The notes beneath the pieces were generated by a model. The model saw only the letters and a program-made list of their open reading frames with translations, made no database searches and was not told the origin of the DNA. The translations under genes and the position numbers were made by a program. Positions 57,825 to 64,000 of a DNA stretch of 64,000 bases are shown here, one piece after another. The stretch's first letter is position 1. Every line of letters begins with the position of its first letter. The stretch lies in assembly GCA_963819655.1 (NCBI GenBank), contig CAWFXA010000003.1, positions 224,001 to 288,000 of the forward strand, written 5' to 3'. The DNA is from an uncultured Chloroflexia bacterium (GTDB lineage: Bacteria > Chloroflexota > Limnocylindria > Limnocylindrales > CSP1-4).

Positions 57825-59011
57825 GCGCTGGTCCCGGCCACCGCCATAGGCGCGATCCCCTCGGTCGCCAGGGCCGCCCGTTGGGCCGCCGCGACCGCCG
57901 CACCTGGCTCGACCGGACGGCCGTGCTGGAGCGACACCAACTCGAGCGTGCCGAGCGCGCCCAGGATCTCCTCGAGCGTCACCGAGCCCAGGTGTCCGAC
58001 CCGGAAGATCTTGCCTGTCAGCTTGCCCTGGCCGCCGGCGAGCACCAGACCGTGCCGCTTGAGGTCGCCGTTGAACGCCTTCCAATCCAGGCCGTCGGGG
58101 ACTGTCGCCGCGGTCACCGTCCGCGAGAAGTGGCGCTCGTCGGCGAACAACTCGAATCCGAGCGCGGCCAGGCCCGCCCGGGTCGCCGCGGCGCACACCT
58201 CGTGGCGCGCGAAGATCCGCTCGGGACCTTCTTCGCCCATGAGCCGCAGGCCTTCGTCGACCTGGTAGACGACCGCGATCGCCGGCGTGAACGGCGTCTG
58301 GCCGTCGCCAGCCGCGTCCCGGTGGGCTCGCAGGTCGAAGTAGAAGCGCGGCATCCTCGCGTGCTCCATCGCCTCCCAGCCGCGCGGCGAAGCGGCGACC
58401 ATCGCGAGGCCGGGCGCGGACATCCACGCCTTCTGCGACCCGGTCACGACCACGTCGACCCCCCAGGCGTCCATCTCGAACGGCACCGCGCCGAGGCTCG
58501 ATACGGCATCGACCAGGATCAGCGCGTCGGGGACCTCCTCCCGGATCGCCGCTGCGAGCTCCGCGACCGGATTCATGACTCCCGTCGAGGTCTCGTTATG
58601 GGTCAGCAGGACCGCTTTCGTGTCGGGCATCGAGCGGAGGCGTTCGCGGATCTCATCGGCTGCCGCCGCGTAGCCCCATTCGGCATCGAGCCTGGTCACG
58701 TCCGCGCCATACACGCCCGCGATCTTGGCGAACCGGTCACCGAAGGAGCCGATGCTGACCCCGAGCACCTTGTCGCCCGGCGAGAGCGTGTTGACGATCG
58801 CCGCCTCGAGCCCGCCCGAGCCGGCGGCGGTGAGCATCGCCACGTCCGAGGTCGTACCGAAGTAGGGCTTGATGCCCTCGAGGATCCGGCCGAGCATCGC
58901 CGCGAACTCCGGACCGCGATGGTTGATCATCTGGCGCGCCCCGACGGCGCGGACGCTGGGCGGGAGGGCGGTCGGGCCGGGGATTCGGAGGTTGGGCTCG
59001 AAACGGTCCAC
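57821..59011 (-). CDS. class V PLP aminotransferase (serine-pyruvate/AGAT family), probable phosphoserine aminotransferase analogue
   Basis: IPGPT, HNETSTGV, VDAVSS, TGSQKA..PGL, TPFTP and FRVGHLG; GTGA overlap with serA. Confidence 0.9.
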   Translation of the reverse strand: MDRFEPNLRIPGPTALPPSVRAVGARQMINHRGPEFAAMLGRILEGIKPYFGTTSDVAMLTAAGSGGLEAAIVNTLSPGDKVLGVSIGSFGDRFAKIAGVYGADVTRLDAEWGYAAAADEIRERLRSMPDTKAVLLTHNETSTGVMNPVAELAAAIREEVPDALILVDAVSSLGAVPFEMDAWGVDVVVTGSQKAWMSAPGLAMVAASPRGWEAMEHARMPRFYFDLRAHRDAAGDGQTPFTPAIAVVYQVDEGLRLMGEEGPERIFARHEVCAAATRAGLAALGFELFADERHFSRTVTAATVPDGLDWKAFNGDLKRHGLVLAGGQGKLTGKIFRVGHLGSVTLEEILGALGTLELVSLQHGRPVEPGAAVAAAQRAALATEGIAPMAVAGTSA

Positions 59012-59146
59012 GGGTGATGCTCCTGGTGACGGCGTGGCGGTCGGGTCGATGGTGCCACAGGCGGGCGCTCTGGCCGCCGCCGGCGTGCTGGACGCTCGTC
59101 GGACGCCGAGCGTATCCTCTCGCTGGCGCTACCTCGCGCCGCACCT

Positions 59147-59261
59147 CCGTCGCCGGCACCCACGCTGTCGACCTCGTGGAGGCAAAGGGGCTCCGCCTCG
59201 AGGTCGTCGGTTCGTGCCTGGCCACGGTCGGTGGCTCCGGAGCGTGGGTCCGGGCCGACGG
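59147..59261 (+). ncRNA. candidate structured cis-regulatory RNA (multi-branch)
   Basis: acccacgct (59158-66) pairs with agcgtgggt (59241-49), extended by ccgg/ccgg and ccgtcg/cgacgg. Inner hairpins cgacctcg/cgaggtcg and gccac/gtggc. TATCCT -10 at 59113. Confidence 0.55.
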
Positions 59262-59281
59262 CCGGTCAGGAGACACACGAG

Positions 59282-60016
59282 ATGACCACCGACAAGGCCC
59301 GCAAGCGGGCCGTGCGTTCCCGGATGCAGAAGACGGGTGAGCGCTATGCCGCCGCCCGCCGCCACGTCGTCCACGATGGCGACCAGCCCGCGCTCCCGCC
59401 CCGCGTCGCCGATCCCGGCGTGTCCGAGGCGGCGATCACGAAGGGCACCGGTCAGGGCTGGGACCACTGGTTCCGGGTCCTCGACGACTGGGGTGCCACA
59501 TCGCGCAGCCACACGGAGATCGCCCGGTACGTGAACGGTGAGCATGGCGTCGATGGCTGGTGGGCCCAGTCGGTCACCGTCGGCTACGAACGTGCTCGGG
59601 GCATGCGCGCGCGAAATGAGCGACCCGAGGGCTTCGAGGTGAGCGTCTCGAAGACACTGGCGATCCCCGCCATGGACGCCTGGCGCGCGTTCGTCGAGCC
59701 GAGCCGCCGAGCTCGCTGGCTCGATCTCGCTCTGCGGATGCGGACCGGCACCCGCACGATGGGCCGCTCGGCCCGATTCGATGTTCCCGCCGAAGGCACG
59801 CGCGTGAACGTCTATCTCACCCCGAAGAGCGACGACCGAACGACCGTGACGGTCACCCACGTCAAGCTCGAGGGCGCCGACGACGTCGCCGTCCACCGGA
59901 CCGCGTGGAAGGAGCGGCTGGCCCGTCTTGCCGCCGAAACCTCGGCCGGCGCAACGGCCGGATGGGGGACCAAGGTCGCACCGCGCGGAGCAACCCGGCG
60001 CTCTCAGGCGTCTTGA
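59282..60016 (+). CDS. hypothetical protein: basic N-terminal helix, DUF4287-like middle and SRPBCC-like C-terminus
   Basis: AGGAG SD; MTTDKARKRAVRSRMQKTGERYAAARRH, TGQGWDHWFRVLD, WWAQSVTVGYE and TVTVTHVKL...WKERL. Confidence 0.8.
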   Translation: MTTDKARKRAVRSRMQKTGERYAAARRHVVHDGDQPALPPRVADPGVSEAAITKGTGQGWDHWFRVLDDWGATSRSHTEIARYVNGEHGVDGWWAQSVTVGYERARGMRARNERPEGFEVSVSKTLAIPAMDAWRAFVEPSRRARWLDLALRMRTGTRTMGRSARFDVPAEGTRVNVYLTPKSDDRTTVTVTHVKLEGADDVAVHRTAWKERLARLAAETSAGATAGWGTKVAPRGATRRSQAS

Positions 60017-60050
60017 ACCTAGCGTCCAGCGATCCAGGAGCCAGACCCGC

Positions 60051-61010
60051 GTGACCCGATCGACACACCGCGCCCCCAGCCGTCTCCGACGTTTCGTTGT
60101 GGGCGCGGTGCTGGTCGTCGTCGTCGGGGCGACGCTGACCACCGCCGCGATCGCCACCGACACGTTCGGGGCAGGGGAGAGGTGGATCTCGCTCGTCGGC
60201 AGGGTCGAACGGTTCCTCGCGGGGCCGGTGCCGGATCGGGCGACCCTGGAGACCGTCCGCGTGACCGAGCCGCCCGAGACCGAGCCGCCGACGCCCGAAC
60301 CTACGCCCGCGCCGGCCGGTCAGGCTCCGGGCGGTTCGCCGGCCCCGACCGCCGAACCCACGCCTGAACCGACCCCGGCGCCCAAGCGCAAGCCGGTCGA
60401 CTACGACATCGTCCAGAACGCAGATAGGGTCTTCGCGTCGCAACACCACAAGGACTGGTGCGCGCCGGCCGGCGTTCAGACCGTGCTCGCCATCCTTGGC
60501 AAGCTCGACACGTCGGATCAGACCCAGATCGAGGTCGCGAGCAGGGTCCGCCACTGGGAGGCCTGGGACGACAGCCATAACGGTGACTGGGGCCCGGCCG
60601 CTATGGCCCTTGCGCTCGAGTCGTACGGCGCCCCGGGCTACGAGGTCAGGGCGTTCGAAACGATGACCTACGCGCTCCGCGACGCGGCCGTTGCGATCCA
60701 GACGACGCAGTCCCCGGTCATCCTTCTCGCGTGGCGCGGGGCACACACCTGGGTGATGTCCGGGTATCGCTCGGACGCAGATCCGGCCGTGTTCCGCAAC
60801 ACCAAGATCGAGGGCGCCTACATCCTCGACCCCTGGTACCCACGTATTTCGTCGATCTGGGGGGCGTCGAACCCGCCGGGCACGCTCACCTCGTTCGCTG
60901 AGCTGCAGGACAACTTCCTGCCGTGGAAGCGGCCCGAGGGTCAATATCCCGATCGCGACGGCCTGTGGATCACGGTCGCCCCGACCATCCCGCGCGCCGA
61001 GGCCGGCTAA
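60051..61010 (+). CDS. membrane-anchored/secreted C39-like (papain-fold) peptidase with Pro-rich linker
   Basis: GTG after AGGAG; TM segment; (E/T)P repeats; Q..DWCAPA (Cys), GAHTW (His) and ILDPW (Asp). Confidence 0.7.
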   Translation: MTRSTHRAPSRLRRFVVGAVLVVVVGATLTTAAIATDTFGAGERWISLVGRVERFLAGPVPDRATLETVRVTEPPETEPPTPEPTPAPAGQAPGGSPAPTAEPTPEPTPAPKRKPVDYDIVQNADRVFASQHHKDWCAPAGVQTVLAILGKLDTSDQTQIEVASRVRHWEAWDDSHNGDWGPAAMALALESYGAPGYEVRAFETMTYALRDAAVAIQTTQSPVILLAWRGAHTWVMSGYRSDADPAVFRNTKIEGAYILDPWYPRISSIWGASNPPGTLTSFAELQDNFLPWKRPEGQYPDRDGLWITVAPTIPRAEAG

Positions 61011-62371
61011 ACCGTCGTCTCGAACGGGACGCGGCCGATCGCCCGCACGCGCGGGACGAGGAACGCGAGCAGCAGGCCGTCCTTGACCACCATCCCGATC
61101 GCGTAGCCGAGCGGGATGGCCAGCAGCCCGAGCCCGGGCGCGAGGAGGGTGGACGCCAGGAGGACCGTCCCGAACCCCGCGAACGAGGCGCCGACCTGGC
61201 GGATCGTGTCGTGCGTCGCGTAGAGCCCGCGCGACAGCGGGTAGGCGAGCGCGTCGAACGGCACCGACAATGCGAAGACCGAGACGATCGCCGACGTGCG
61301 CGCGACGTCCTCGGGCCCGAACTCGCCGCCGCCCAACAGGACCTCGACCAGGATGCTCGAGCCGACGAAGAGCGCGATCGCAGCCAGCGTCGTCAGCCCG
61401 CCGATCGTGGCGAGGTTGCGCCCGAGCACTGATCGGAACGTCGCCTGGTCGCGATCCGCGTACGCCGTGGAGAGCGTCGGGAACACCGCCAGCGAGAACG
61501 CGATGCCGATCAGGCTGACCGGCACGACCTGGTAGTCGAGCGCGAAGTTGATCGCGCTCACGCCACCGACCACGATCGTCGACGCCAGGGCCGTAAAGAA
61601 CGTGAAGATGGCGGGCTCGATCGGGTGGCTGATCATGCGCGGGATCATCAGCCGGATGAACTCGCGGAAGGCCGGCGTCCGGATGCGGAACGCCGGTCGG
61701 ATGCGGAACGACGTCCGGAGCGTGCCGATCGCCCGGATCCCGAGGTGGAGCGCGGCGCCGGCGACCGCGCCCCAGGCCGTCGCGACGATGCCGAATCGCT
61801 CCGCGCCGAGCACCGTCCCGAGGATGATGCCGGTCGTGTACAGGATCGGCGCAAGCGCGTAGAACAGGAAGCGTCGATTCGCGACGAGGATCTCGCCGAG
61901 ACAGATCGACGCCGCGAACAGGATCTGAGCGAGGCAGTTGATCCGAACGAGCGTCACGTACAGCTCACGGGTCTGAGAGTCGAAGCCGGCGCCGATCTGG
62001 GTGGCCAGCCACGGGGCCGCCACGAAGATCGCTACCACAGCGACCGTCATAACGAGGACCGCGCCAGTCAGCACGGTCCGTCCGAAGTCGTTCGCGGTCC
62101 GCTCGTCGTCGCGCCGCAGGCTGCTGTAGATGGGCACGAACGGGGCGGTCAAGCCGGCCGCCACGAGCACGTCGAGCGCGATCTCGGGGATCCGGAACGC
62201 CGCGTTGTACGCATCGAGCTCGGGGCCGGCGCCATAGGTGTTGGCGAACACCCGGTTGCGGATGACGCCCATCACGAAGTAGACGAAGCTCAGGACGGAC
62301 AGGATCAGGGCGCCGCGCGGGAAGATCCGGTCGATGAGCGCGCGCCCGTAATCGATGGGGGATCGCGACAC
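61007..62371 (-). CDS. murJ: lipid II flippase MurJ/MviN family protein
   Basis: G..R..FA..YGAG..LDAYNAAFRIPE, APFVPIY, IGIAFSLAVFPTLS and SRGLYATHDT; GTG after GGAGG. Confidence 0.85.
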   Translation of the reverse strand: MSRSPIDYGRALIDRIFPRGALILSVLSFVYFVMGVIRNRVFANTYGAGPELDAYNAAFRIPEIALDVLVAAGLTAPFVPIYSSLRRDDERTANDFGRTVLTGAVLVMTVAVVAIFVAAPWLATQIGAGFDSQTRELYVTLVRINCLAQILFAASICLGEILVANRRFLFYALAPILYTTGIILGTVLGAERFGIVATAWGAVAGAALHLGIRAIGTLRTSFRIRPAFRIRTPAFREFIRLMIPRMISHPIEPAIFTFFTALASTIVVGGVSAINFALDYQVVPVSLIGIAFSLAVFPTLSTAYADRDQATFRSVLGRNLATIGGLTTLAAIALFVGSSILVEVLLGGGEFGPEDVARTSAIVSVFALSVPFDALAYPLSRGLYATHDTIRQVGASFAGFGTVLLASTLLAPGLGLLAIPLGYAIGMVVKDGLLLAFLVPRVRAIGRVPFETTV

Positions 62372-62513
62372 CGGCTGCCTCCCTCGTCCGCGGCGGTCGC
62401 CGCGTCCCTGGCCAGTGTGACGTCCCGGCAGCGCCCGGCGCGACGCGCAGCTTGGACCGCTACGCTTGTGCCCCGAACATGTCGATGGCCGCGACGCGGC
62501 AGGAGGAGGCAGC

Positions 62514-63660
62514 TTGTCGCGGTTCGAGTGGGTCGCCGGCAGCGCGCGGCTTCTGCAGCAAACGGGCGACGAGTTCGAGAGCACGCGGCCCTTCGATGGG
62601 TTGCGGATCGGGACGGGCATTCACCTCGAGCCGAAGACCGCGGCCCTGCTCCTGACCCTCAAGTGCGGCGGCGCCGACGTCGTCTCGACGGGCAACCTGA
62701 ACTCGACACAGCAGGAGACGGTCGATTACCTCCGCGAGCGCGGTATCGCCGTCATCGGCGGACCGACGGCCGATCCGACCGAGCACGATCGCTACCTGCG
62801 GGAGGTCATTGCGGCGAAGCCCGATCTCCTGCTCGACAACGGCGGCGACCTGTTCACGCGCTACCTCGAGGATCCGTGGCCGAACCTACGCGGCGGTACG
62901 GAGGAGACGACGTCAGGACGCGATCGACTCCTTCCCGCTGCGCGACCAGATCGCCCTGCCTCTGCTGGTCATCAACGACAGTCCGATCAAGCAGTTCGGC
63001 GAGAACACGCACGCGGTCGGTGCCGGGACGGTGGAGTCGTTCATCCGGATCACGAACCGCATCACGAACGGGCGGCGCGTGGCGGTGTTCGGATATGGCT
63101 CGGTCGGCCGGGGAGTGGCGGCCTATTTCCGGAGCTTCAACAGCGTCGTGTCGGTTGTCGAGCCACAGCCGGTGCTCCGGCTGCGGGCGTTGCTCGACGG
63201 GTTCGACGTCCCGGACCGCGACGACGCTCTCCCCTGGGCCGACGTGATCGTCACGGTCACCGGCGCTCCGCACGTGATCACGCATGCCGACCTCGGGAAT
63301 CTGCGCGACGGTGTCGTCCTTGTCAGCGCCGGACATCTTCCCTGGGAGCTGGACGTGCCGTCGCTGATCGAGGACCCGTCGGTCGAGTCGATCGACGACG
63401 TGACCGAGGGCATCACGACGCTGTGGCTGCGCGACGGTCGTGCGGTCCACATCCTGACCCGGGGTCACATGGTCAACCTGGCCGGCCCGCGCCCGCTCGG
63501 CAACTCGATCGAATTGATGGATCTCGGCTTCACCCTCCAGGCGCGCTGCCTGGAAGCCGTCGCCCGCGGGTCAGTGCCGAAGACCGCGTGCGTCGTCGCG
63601 GTCCCGGCGGAAATCGATGCCCTCGTGGCGTCCGCGTATGTCGCCCTCGCCAGGGCCTGA
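62514..63660 (+). CDS. divergent adenosylhomocysteinase-like protein, with an apparent +1 frameshift at about 62934-62936
   Basis: TTG after AGGAGG; HLEPKT, LDNGGD and GGTEETTSG in the first frame; INDSPIK, GYGSVGRG, TVTG, AGH and VNLA in the second frame. Confidence 0.8.
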
Positions 63661-63675
63661 CCTCGGGCCGAAGGG

Positions 63676-64000
63676 CTAGCCGGCGGTACGGATGAGTTTC
63701 TTGTTCACGAACTCATCGGCCGCCAGCAGACCCAGCTCACGGGCGGTACCGCTTCGCTTCACGCCGCCGAACGGCAGCTCGGGACTGTCGGCCATCACGA
63801 TGTTGACGTAGACCATGCCCGCCTCGATCCGATCGGCGACCCGGGCCGCCTGGGCCGGATCGTTGCTGTACACGTACGAACCCAGCCCGAAGCTGGTGTC
63901 ATTGGCCAGCCTGACCGCTGCGTCCTCGTCGGCCACGCGATAGACCACCCCGACCGGCCCGAAGAACTCCTCCCGATACGCGTCCATCTCGCGCGTCACG
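63676..64000 (-). CDS. aldehyde dehydrogenase (succinate-semialdehyde dehydrogenase-like), 5'-partial
   Basis: EEFFGPV, ANDTSFGL and PFGGVKRSG..RELG; runs off the window edge. Confidence 0.9.
   Translation of the reverse strand, partial: VTREMDAYREEFFGPVGVVYRVADEDAAVRLANDTSFGLGSYVYSNDPAQAARVADRIEAGMVYVNIVMADSPELPFGGVKRSGTARELGLLAADEFVNKKLIRTAG

Noticed and set aside
62380-62513. SAH or SAM riboswitch upstream of the ahcY-like gene
   Set aside because: No match to the GAGGAGCGCTGC...CAGGCTC (SAH) or SAM-I/II consensus elements.

Overview
This is a high-GC (about 70%) bacterial chromosomal window. Gene content and style suggest Chloroflexota, possibly Limnocylindria-like (inference only). It holds about 50 CDSs, one tRNA-Leu(TAG) and a valS T-box riboswitch. 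I found no CRISPR array, rRNA, integrase or transposase. Main blocks, left to right: a vWA protein and class II aldolase; two convergent amine/polyamine operons (APC permease-choline kinase-like-GcvT-like oxidoreductase-HisN/IMPase, facing potADBC plus a class III aminotransferase); Mrp followed by a class III nucleotide cyclase, an MBL phosphodiesterase and a Crp regulator; cinA; tRNA-Leu-tig-clpP-clpX; a stand-alone ftsZ with an N-terminal hydrophobic segment; T-box-valS; a sugar ABC/GH38/GH13 cluster; zinc-ribbon hypotheticals; fhaA-fhaB-rodA-pbpA; moxR-DUF58-transglutaminase; a non-canonical serine biosynthesis operon; murJ; and a divergent ahcY-like gene. Five single-base frameshifts look like sequencing errors. 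The best leads are (1) an apparently membrane-anchored FtsZ, (2) a self-contained cyclase-phosphodiesterase-Crp cyclic-nucleotide module, (3) a multi-branch structured RNA leader upstream of a protein with a basic N-terminal helix, and (4) a hydrophobic insertion inside the EAA loop of PotB. All family calls come from motif recognition by eye, not database searches.
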